A stretch of DNA of 15,872 nt, taken from an uncultured Vicingus sp. Lineage in GTDB: Bacteria > Bacteroidota > Bacteroidia > Flavobacteriales_E > Vicingaceae. Of the stretch, positions 7,858 to 14,286 are shown piece by piece. The notes below the pieces were generated by a model. It worked only from the letters and a program-made list of their open reading frames with translations. It searched no databases and had not been told where the DNA came from. The number at the start of each line of letters is the position of its first letter. Within the stretch, counting starts at the first letter, position 1. The DNA lies in assembly GCA_964422135.1 (NCBI GenBank), contig CAYRAD010000003.1:1-15872 (forward strand). The letters run 5' to 3'. Made by a program: the position numbers and the translations under genes.

Positions 7858-8964
7858 ATGGGAAAAGAAATTAAAAATACATTTATTGACGGTTCGATGC
7901 TGATTATTGAAGCATTGGTGAGGTCTGGAGCAGATATTTTTATCGGCTACCCAATAACTCCCTCTAATAGATTTTACTCTTACGGACAGAAAAGATTTTC
8001 ATCTTTTTATCCAGCACCCGATGAAATATCGGTATTGCAATGGATGTCAGGAGCTTCGGCTGCAGGAAAAATACCCGTTACAGCAACTGCATTTCCAGGG
8101 CTGGCTTTAATGGTAGAATCGTTGAACATGGCTTATGTAATGGAATTGCCAATGGTGTTGGTAATTACTCAACGTTTAGGACCAAGCACAGGATCGGCAA
8201 CTATTGGAGCACAAGGAGATTTAGGAATAGTTAACGGAATTATTTCAGGTTTTCCTGTTCCTACTTTTTGTCCAGCTAGCTTTGAGGATTGCTGGTCACT
8301 TTCTCAAAAAGCAATGGAAACAGCTGTTCAATTAAGGACTCCTGTTATTTTATTGACTTCTAAAGAAATGGTGATGACAAGCAAGAGTTTTGACATCTCT
8401 AAATTAGAAGAGATTAAACCTGTAAACAGAGAGAAACCTAAAATTACTGGAGAATATAAATCATATCAAGCTGGAGCAGATTTGATAGCTCCATTTTTAG
8501 ATGTGAATAACAATGAGCATCAGGTTAGAATAAATGCTTCTATGCATAATGAAGAAGGTAGAATTGTGAAAAACGTAGAATCACTAAACATTACTAAAAG
8601 ATTAGCTGAAAAAATTAATACAAAAGCAACGGGGCTTGCTTGTTTTGATTATAAAAAAGAAGAAGGAGCATCTAAATTGATTATTTCTTATGGAATTTCG
8701 GCTTTAGCTGCAATTGATGCAGTTGAAGAAATACAAGCCAAAAATCAAAAAGTTTCTTTATTAATTGTTAAAACGCTAATTCCATTGTCAAATGAAATTT
8801 ACGATATCATTGATTCATACGATGATGTTTTATTTGTAGAAGAAAATTTAAATGGACAATTGAAAGAAATAATTTTCGGGAAACGAAATAACAAAAAAGT
8901 AAAAAGTATAAATAAATCTGGAAGCATGATTGCTCCTTCAGAAATTGTAAACGAATTCGCTTAG
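7858..8964 (+). CDS. 2-oxoacid:ferredoxin oxidoreductase alpha subunit (KorA/PorA-like)
   Basis: GYPITPSN, DEISVLQWMSGASAAGKIPVTATAFPGLALMVESL and QRLGPSTGSATIGAQGDL match the pyruvate/2-oxoglutarate:ferredoxin oxidoreductase alpha core by eye. The gene lies 4 nt upstream of the beta gene. Confidence 0.85.
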   Translation: MGKEIKNTFIDGSMLIIEALVRSGADIFIGYPITPSNRFYSYGQKRFSSFYPAPDEISVLQWMSGASAAGKIPVTATAFPGLALMVESLNMAYVMELPMVLVITQRLGPSTGSATIGAQGDLGIVNGIISGFPVPTFCPASFEDCWSLSQKAMETAVQLRTPVILLTSKEMVMTSKSFDISKLEEIKPVNREKPKITGEYKSYQAGADLIAPFLDVNNNEHQVRINASMHNEEGRIVKNVESLNITKRLAEKINTKATGLACFDYKKEEGASKLIISYGISALAAIDAVEEIQAKNQKVSLLIVKTLIPLSNEIYDIIDSYDDVLFVEENLNGQLKEIIFGKRNNKKVKSINKSGSMIAPSEIVNEFA

Positions 8965-8968
8965 TAAG

Positions 8969-10213
8969 ATGAAAAATGAAATGTTATCAGGAGTAAAAGC
9001 ACCATTTTGTCCGGGCTGCGGGCATGCTCCTTCGGTAAAATATTTATCAAAAGCTTTAACTGAATGTGGATATAATCCATTGGATGTGGTGATGGTAAGT
9101 GATATTGGATGTAATGGATTAATAGATCCATTGTTCAATACACATACTATTCATGGATTGCATGGAAGATCCCCAGCTTTAGCTTTGGGAGTAGTTTTAG
9201 GATTGGAAAATCCAAACAAAAAAGTGGTGACCATGCAAGGAGATGGTGGAGCAACTATAGGATTACAACATCTAATGGAAGCATCAAGAAGAAACGTTGA
9301 TATGACATTGATTGTGATGAACAATTTGATTTATGGAATGACTGGTGGTCAGGTAAGTGGATTGACAACCAACGAGTTTAAAGAAGAAAAACACATTCAG
9401 GACGATGCACCTCCTTTCGATGTATGCCAGTTAGCTCATCAAGCTGGTGCGGCTTATGTTGCTAGAGTAAATAATCCAAAAAATATTACTGAAAAATTGG
9501 TGGAAGCATTTAAAACACCAGGATTTTCGTTAGTAGAAATTTCTAGTTTGTGTCAGCCTTATGGGGCAAAAAAAATAGAGCAATTAACTGGATGGATTAA
9601 AGATGAGGTGTTGCTGAATAATAATTATCCTGTTGGTAAAAATAAAGTGAAAGAAACAGTTTCATTAATAAACGACAAACAGGTTCTTGAAACAAAATAT
9701 CAATCAGCTATAGAAGGCACAGTTGGAATTATTATAGCAGGTTCTGCTGGTGGTGGTGTTCAGTCGGCAGCCAAACTATTGGCAGAAGCAGCTATCATGT
9801 CGGGACTGTCTGCAACAATGAAAGGAGAATATCCTATAACTGTTGGAACAGGGTTTTCGTTAGGAGAAGTTATTTTATCTAAAAATGAGATCAATTACAC
9901 AGGCTTAGAAAAACCAGATGTTTCAATCGTTGTTTCAGATAATGGACTTTTAAAAGTTCAGGGAAAAGGAATTGAACTTCCTAATCTGTATGTAGATGCT
10001 AAAGTTTCCATTCCTGAAAATTTAACAGCTAAAGTTTTTGATTTTGATAAAATGGCTGGGAAAAAAGGTTCTGCTTTATGTGCAATAGCACTTTGGATTG
10101 AAGAATCAGGATTGTTGGACATCAATGCATTAAAAGAAGTTGCCGCAAAACATAAATATGGTGAAAAATTATTAAAAATAATTGACTCATCTAAAGAATT
10201 ACAGGTAGTGTGA
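8969..10213 (+). CDS. 2-oxoacid:ferredoxin oxidoreductase beta (TPP-binding) subunit fused to a gamma-type domain
   Basis: N-terminal FCPGCGH and the TPP motif GDGGATIGLQHLMEASRRNVDMTLIVMNNLIYGMTGGQ indicate a beta subunit. The C-terminal about 170 aa (IIIAGSAGGGVQSAAKLLAEAAIMSGL...YPITVGTGFS...KPDVSIV) looks like the gamma (POR) domain. Confidence 0.85.
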   Translation: MKNEMLSGVKAPFCPGCGHAPSVKYLSKALTECGYNPLDVVMVSDIGCNGLIDPLFNTHTIHGLHGRSPALALGVVLGLENPNKKVVTMQGDGGATIGLQHLMEASRRNVDMTLIVMNNLIYGMTGGQVSGLTTNEFKEEKHIQDDAPPFDVCQLAHQAGAAYVARVNNPKNITEKLVEAFKTPGFSLVEISSLCQPYGAKKIEQLTGWIKDEVLLNNNYPVGKNKVKETVSLINDKQVLETKYQSAIEGTVGIIIAGSAGGGVQSAAKLLAEAAIMSGLSATMKGEYPITVGTGFSLGEVILSKNEINYTGLEKPDVSIVVSDNGLLKVQGKGIELPNLYVDAKVSIPENLTAKVFDFDKMAGKKGSALCAIALWIEESGLLDINALKEVAAKHKYGEKLLKIIDSSKELQVV

Positions 10214-10243
10214 ATGTAGAATTAAGAAAGTAGAATTAAGAAT
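10211..10243 (+). repeat. post-stop short tandem repeat, GTAGAATTAAGAA x2
   Basis: TGAATGTAGAATTAAGAA-A-GTAGAATTAAGAAT starts at the TGA stop of the beta-gamma oxidoreductase gene. The 13-nt unit occurs at 10216-10228 and 10230-10242. Confidence 0.8.
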
Positions 10244-10262
10244 GTATTATGGATAAAAAATA

Positions 10263-10362
10263 GAACGCAGACCTACCTGAGGTAGGAAGGTAAAACGGAT
10301 GATTATGATAACAGTAGATACAAATCTTACAAAATCATAACAGATCAGCGTCATCAGCGTTC
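10263..10362 (+). repeat. intergenic imperfect-palindrome element, copy 3 (100 nt, with nested 19-nt hairpin)
   Basis: Sequence: GAACGCAGA-[CCTACCTGAGGTAGGAAGG]-TAAAACGGATGATTATGAT...ATCATAACAGATCAGCGTCATCAGCGTTC. The apex pairs GTAGAT with ATCTTAC. It lies between the stop at 10213 and the ATG at 10376. Confidence 0.9.
10272..10290 (+). repeat. 19-nt GC-rich hairpin module nested in the 5' arm of copy 3
   Basis: CCTACCTGAGGTAGGAAGG has the same length and position as the module in copy 2, with 16 of 19 positions identical. Its best stem is CCTACC-TGA-GGTAGG, a shifted register. Confidence 0.8.
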
Positions 10363-10375
10363 CAACAAAATAAAA

Positions 10376-12046
10376 ATGAAAATAGACAAAATATTATTGA
10401 GCATTTTTCAACGAGCGTTTAAATCGATAACGGATGAAATGAGTATTTCATTGACTAAGACTACACGTTCTCCAATTCTGTGTGAAGCAAAAGATTTTGT
10501 TACAGGGTTGTATGATGCTGAAGGAAACATGCTGGAACAAACGGAGAATTTACCTATTCTAAGTTTTTCGCTTGGACCAGTTTGTAAAGTTATTTTAGAC
10601 CAGTATGGCGATGATATTTTTGAAGGAGATATTATTATACATAATGATGTGTTCTCTATGGGAAACCAAAATAACGATGTAGCCATTTTCAAACCCATAT
10701 TTTGTGAAGGAACATTAATCGGTTGGTCGGCAGCAAAAGGTCACCAAGCAGATATTGGAGGTGCTGTTCAAGGAGGATATAATCCAAACGCAACAGAAGT
10801 TTGGCAAGAAGCATTGAGAATACCTGCTGTTAAGCTTTATGAAAAAGGAAAATTTAGAGAAGATGTTTGGAACCTGATCTTTGCCAATATTCGATTAACG
10901 ATGGTTCAGGAAGATATTAAAGCTCAAATTGGTGCTTGTAGTTTAGGGGAAAGAAGATTAAAAGCATTGGTTTCTAAATATGGAGTTGAGAGTTACAATG
11001 CGCATAAACAAGAGCTTTTTAACAGTACAGAAACCATGATGCAATCAGAAATTGCATTAGTGCCAAATGGAAAGTACGAAGGAAGTAGCATGGTTTATTA
11101 CGATGGGAAACATCCGGGTTCAAAGTTTGAAATTAAAGCCATTATCACTGTAAAGGATGAAGAAATAATTTTTGATTTCTCAGAAACTTCACCACAAACA
11201 AATGGCTTTGTAAATGGTACTTACACTTCGTCTTGTTCTGCAATTACCTTAACATTTTTACAAATGGTTAATCCTAACATTCCTCATAATCAGGGAATGA
11301 TTCGGCCATTAACTTATATCGTTCCTGAAGGAACTATCTTAAATGCTTCCTATCCAAAAGCAACAACTTTCGGAAACCATTTATGTCCTCAAGTAGCAGA
11401 TTCAATATTTAAAGCATTAGGTCCAGCTATGCCGGGAAGGGTTACAGCTGGTTGGAATCATTTATTGTGTTCATTGTTTACTGGAGATCATCCAAGAACA
11501 AATGAGAAATATGTTGACATCTGTTTTATGGGATTAAAAGGAGGTTCAGGAGCATTAGAAGGAGATGATGGTTATGATCATATTGGGATGATTGATGCTT
11601 CTGGAGGATTGTTGGATCAGGATTATGAAATGTACGAACAACAAACACCTCATTTAATTCTAAAACACGAATACCTAACTAACTCTGGCGGAGTTGGAAA
11701 ATGGAGAGGTGGTTTAGGGGTTGAAACCAATATAAAAATGGGTGGAGATAATGCTACAATGGTTGTTTTTGGTGATGGTGATGTGGAACAGAATTATGGT
11801 CTTTTCGGAGGAAAAGGAAGTGTTTTAAACAGCATCTCATTAACCTATCCTGACGGAAAAGAGCATGTGCCAATGAGTAAAGATATTGTTGAAGGAATTC
11901 CGGATGGAACCATTTACAAACAAATTGCTGGAGGTGGTGGTGGATACGGAAACCCTAAAGAAAGAGATAGAGATTCTGTAAAATTGGATTTATTAAATGA
12001 AGTGATAACTGAAGAACAAGCGGTTAATGAATATGGATTGAAATAA
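10376..12046 (+). CDS. hydantoinase B / oxoprolinase family subunit (HyuB-type)
   Basis: N-terminus LLSIFQRAFKSITDEMSISLTKTTRSPILCEAKDFVTGLYDAEGNMLEQ and the later GGSGALEGDDG and GGVGKWRGGLG segments are typical of Hydantoinase_B proteins. Confidence 0.9.
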   Translation: MKIDKILLSIFQRAFKSITDEMSISLTKTTRSPILCEAKDFVTGLYDAEGNMLEQTENLPILSFSLGPVCKVILDQYGDDIFEGDIIIHNDVFSMGNQNNDVAIFKPIFCEGTLIGWSAAKGHQADIGGAVQGGYNPNATEVWQEALRIPAVKLYEKGKFREDVWNLIFANIRLTMVQEDIKAQIGACSLGERRLKALVSKYGVESYNAHKQELFNSTETMMQSEIALVPNGKYEGSSMVYYDGKHPGSKFEIKAIITVKDEEIIFDFSETSPQTNGFVNGTYTSSCSAITLTFLQMVNPNIPHNQGMIRPLTYIVPEGTILNASYPKATTFGNHLCPQVADSIFKALGPAMPGRVTAGWNHLLCSLFTGDHPRTNEKYVDICFMGLKGGSGALEGDDGYDHIGMIDASGGLLDQDYEMYEQQTPHLILKHEYLTNSGGVGKWRGGLGVETNIKMGGDNATMVVFGDGDVEQNYGLFGGKGSVLNSISLTYPDGKEHVPMSKDIVEGIPDGTIYKQIAGGGGGYGNPKERDRDSVKLDLLNEVITEEQAVNEYGLK

Positions 12047-12065
12047 AATAGAAATCAGAAATCAT

Positions 12066-12185
12066 TGTCAATTCGAGTGATTTTTTGAAACGTAGTGGAG
12101 AAAAATTGTATCGAGAATAAATGATTTTAGAAAAAGTTGTTCTCGTTACATTTTGACTAAAAAAGTCAAAACACTCGAACGGACA
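12066..12185. mobile_element. MITE-like 120-bp long-hairpin element
   Basis: The ends TGTCAATTCGAGTG (12066-12079) and CACTCGAACGGACA (12172-12185) are reverse-complementary at 12 of 14 positions. An inner inverted repeat AAATTGTATCGAGAA (12103-12117) / TTCTCGTTACATTTT (12140-12154) matches at 13 of 15. A further small hairpin TTTTGACT-AAAAA-AGTCAAAA lies at 12151-12171. There is no ORF of its own. A mobile origin is an inference. Confidence 0.5.
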
Positions 12186-12207
12186 CTTTTTGAGAAATAT
12201 AAAAATT

Positions 12208-12621
12208 ATGAGCACACACGAAACAATATTACCGGAAGGTTGGCCAACACCCAAAGGATATGCTAATGGAATATTAGCCGCTAAAGGAAGAACACTTTTT
12301 CTAGCCGGACAAGTTGGTTGGTCAGCTGAGGAGAAATTTGCAAGCGATAAATTGGTTCCTCAATTTGAACAAGCTTTAAAAAACATTGTTGCAATTGTAG
12401 AGAAAGCTGGAGGCAAACCAACAGACATCTGCAAAATGACATGTTTCTGTAAAGATAGAGACCAATATTTAGCAACAAGGGGTGAGCTTGGGACAATATG
12501 GAAAAATATCATGGGAAGACATTATCCATGCATGAGCATGATTTTCGTAGTTGATTTATTGGATCATCCTGCTTTAATAGAGATAGAAGCTATGGCTGTG
12601 ATTCCTACGAATTACGAATAA
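12208..12621 (+). CDS. RidA/YjgF/TdcF (endoribonuclease L-PSP) family protein
   Basis: PKGYANGILAAKGRTLFLAGQVGW and a C-terminal LIEIEAMAV are family-typical. I prefer the ATG at 12208 (MSTHE...) over the ORF-track TTG at 12190, which lies only 5 nt past the end of the repeat element. Confidence 0.8.
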   Translation: MSTHETILPEGWPTPKGYANGILAAKGRTLFLAGQVGWSAEEKFASDKLVPQFEQALKNIVAIVEKAGGKPTDICKMTCFCKDRDQYLATRGELGTIWKNIMGRHYPCMSMIFVVDLLDHPALIEIEAMAVIPTNYE

Positions 12622-12634
12622 ACGAATTACGAAT
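12607..12634 (+). repeat. tandem ACGAATTACGAAT x2 spanning the RidA stop and the GxxExxY start
   Basis: Units are at 12607-12619 and 12622-12634. The first encodes the RidA C-terminus and the T of its stop codon. The second ends in the first two bases (AT) of the ATG start at 12633-12635. Confidence 0.8.
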
Positions 12635-13052
12635 GACAGGATATACAGTAAAAAATAAAGATTTATTATTTCCAAAACTTTCATATAAGATTGTAGGAAT
12701 CTTATTTGATGTTTATAATACATTGGGTTATGGGTATTTGGAAAAATATTATCAAAAGGCTATTGCTGCTCAGCTTAAGAAAGAAAAAATAAAATTTACT
12801 GAACAAGAAAAGGTTGAGATTGTTATTGCAAATGAGGTTATAGCAAAAGGATATACTGATTTTATTATTGAGGATAAAATTATTTTGGAAATTAAAAAAG
12901 GCAATTCTTTTAGAAAAAACAATATTGATCAATTACACAGTTATTTAAAAATGAAAAAAATGGAATTAGGAATTCTTGCAAATTTCACATCAAAAGGCTT
13001 GTTGTATAAGCGGATAGTTAATATTAGTAATTCTAAAATTCGTAATACGTAG
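12633..13052 (+). CDS. GxxExxY-motif protein, PD-(D/E)XK nuclease-fold superfamily
   Basis: The eponymous motif is present as GYLEKYY within FDVYNTLGYGYLEKYYQKA. A D...ExK motif follows in TDFIIEDKIILEIKKG. Size is 139 aa. The gene is flanked by ACGAATTACGAAT-type repeats. Confidence 0.8.
   Translation: MTGYTVKNKDLLFPKLSYKIVGILFDVYNTLGYGYLEKYYQKAIAAQLKKEKIKFTEQEKVEIVIANEVIAKGYTDFIIEDKIILEIKKGNSFRKNNIDQLHSYLKMKKMELGILANFTSKGLLYKRIVNISNSKIRNT
13027..13046 (-). repeat. inverted partner of the ACGAATTACGAAT repeat at the 3' end of the GxxExxY gene
   Basis: GTAATTC (13027-13033) and ATTCGTAAT (13038-13046) are reverse complements of GAATTAC and ATTACGAAT in the upstream tandem units. Confidence 0.55.
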
Positions 13053-13056
13053 TACT

Positions 13057-14184
13057 ATGAATTTCGAACTAAACGACATACAAAAATCCGTACAACAAAC
13101 TTTTATAGATTTTGTTGATAAGAGGGTGATGCCTCAGGCAGCAGCAATTGATGAAAATGCTGAATTCCCTATGGAACTTTTTAAGGAAGTTGGAGAATTA
13201 GGGTTTTTTGGCATGCGTTATCCTGAAGATGCTGGTGGTACCAATATGGATATTCTTTCATACTGTTTAGCAGTGATAGAACTTTCAAGGGGCTCGATGT
13301 CGCTTGCTGCAGCTTGCACAATGCAATCACTAATGGCAACTTATTTCTTATATCGATTTGGTGATAAGGAAGTAAAAGGTCATTTTGATGCTGCCATGAA
13401 AGGGGAGGAAATAGGTGCTATCTGCATGACTGAACCCAATGCCGGAAGTGATTTGTTTGCTATCAAAACAAAAGCATTGGTGAAAGAAGATTACTTTTTG
13501 TTGAGTGGTCAAAAAACATGGGTTACATCTGCACCAGTTGCCAACTTTTTTACTGTCTTGGCAAAAACAGATAACCACGATAAATTATCCATCTTTTTTG
13601 TTCCATCTAATTTGGAAGGGGTAACTGTCGGAAAGAAAATTGACAAATTAGGGGCTTGTGGTTCCGTAACCAGTGAGGTTGCTTTTGACAATGTAAAACT
13701 TCCAAAAAACTACTTATTAGGTGAGATTGGTGGGGGAACAAAATGTTTAATGGAGATATTGGCAGAGATTAGAATTATGACTGCTGCACTATCTATTGGT
13801 GTTGCAACAGCTGCTTTTGAAGATGCATTACAATATGCCAAAGAAAGAGAACAATTTGGAAAGCCTATTGGAAAATTTCAAGCAGTAAAAATGAAGTTTG
13901 CAGAAATGGAAGTTCAACTACAAACAGCTAAACATTATGTGTTTTACGCAGCTTATTTAAGCGACAACAATTTACCTCGACATAAAGAATCAATGATTGC
14001 CAAATTGTATGCATCAGAATGTGCCAACTCTATTTGCGACCAAGCTTCAAGAGTTTTAGCATCTTATGGTTATGCAACAGAATACTCGCTGCAACGCTAT
14101 TTACGTGATGCTCGATTTACATTGATTGGTGGAGGTACATCAGAAATTTTGAAAATAAATATAGGTAGAGAGTTGGGATTGTAG
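13057..14184 (+). CDS. FAD-dependent acyl-CoA dehydrogenase
   Basis: Typical ACAD layout: GFFGMRYPE, CMTEPNAGSDL, KTWVTSA, QYAKEREQFGKPIG. The C-terminal motif is IGGGTSEI, which resembles isovaleryl-CoA dehydrogenase IGAGTSE rather than the YEGTS of MCAD/SCAD. Confidence 0.9.
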   Translation: MNFELNDIQKSVQQTFIDFVDKRVMPQAAAIDENAEFPMELFKEVGELGFFGMRYPEDAGGTNMDILSYCLAVIELSRGSMSLAAACTMQSLMATYFLYRFGDKEVKGHFDAAMKGEEIGAICMTEPNAGSDLFAIKTKALVKEDYFLLSGQKTWVTSAPVANFFTVLAKTDNHDKLSIFFVPSNLEGVTVGKKIDKLGACGSVTSEVAFDNVKLPKNYLLGEIGGGTKCLMEILAEIRIMTAALSIGVATAAFEDALQYAKEREQFGKPIGKFQAVKMKFAEMEVQLQTAKHYVFYAAYLSDNNLPRHKESMIAKLYASECANSICDQASRVLASYGYATEYSLQRYLRDARFTLIGGGTSEILKINIGRELGL

Positions 14185-14189
14185 AATGA

Positions 14190-14208
14190 TGAATGTCGAA
14201 TTAAGAAT
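14190..14208 (+). repeat. single copy of the TGAATGTNGAATTAAGAA module
   Basis: TGAATGTCGAATTAAGAAT matches 10211-10229 at 17 of 18 positions. It lies 6 nt after the acyl-CoA dehydrogenase stop codon. Confidence 0.75.
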
Positions 14209-14219
14209 AGAATATGAAT

Positions 14220-14285
14220 TGTCACTTCGAGTGATTTCGAGGAACGAGAAATTGTATCGAGAAGTATATAAATTGAAAACAGACA
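14220..14285. repeat. shorter relative of the 12066-12185 element
   Basis: TGTCACTTCGAGTGATTTCGAGGAACGAGAAATTGTATCGAGAAG aligns with the left part of the 12066 element (TGTCAATTCGAGTGATTT...AAATTGTATCGAGAA). The right end AACAGACA resembles AACGGACA. It ends 1 nt before the ATG at 14287. Confidence 0.55.
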
Positions 14286-14286
14286 A

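Noticed and set aside
8040-8234. 64-aa + strand ORF in an alternative frame
   Set aside because: It lies entirely within the oxidoreductase alpha gene in another frame. The Arg/Gly/Asn-rich translation looks like a frame artefact.
12190-12207. The TTG at 12190 as the RidA start (ORF-track start)
   Set aside because: The extension MRNIKI begins only 5 nt after the end of the repeat element. The in-frame ATG at 12208 gives an N-terminus typical of the family. The choice remains uncertain.
12024-12254. 76-aa minus-strand ORF spanning the HyuB-RidA gap
   Set aside because: It is largely built from the MITE-like repeat at 12066-12185. It overlaps the ends of two confident + strand genes and has no recognisable features.
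551-13691. Thirteen minus-strand ORFs of 60-148 aa in the track (551-742, 1879-2178, 3517-3705, 4193-4375, 4405-4851, 5581-5778, 6670-6873, 8938-9138, 10408-10698, 12281-12496, 12702-12932, 13348-13578, 13509-13691)
   Set aside because: Almost all lie inside long, family-recognisable + strand genes; 5581-5778 and 8938-9138 start a few nt to about 30 nt outside one. Their translations are low-complexity (Ser/Phe/Ile/Lys-rich), typical of antisense frames in AT-rich DNA, and none shows a recognisable motif.
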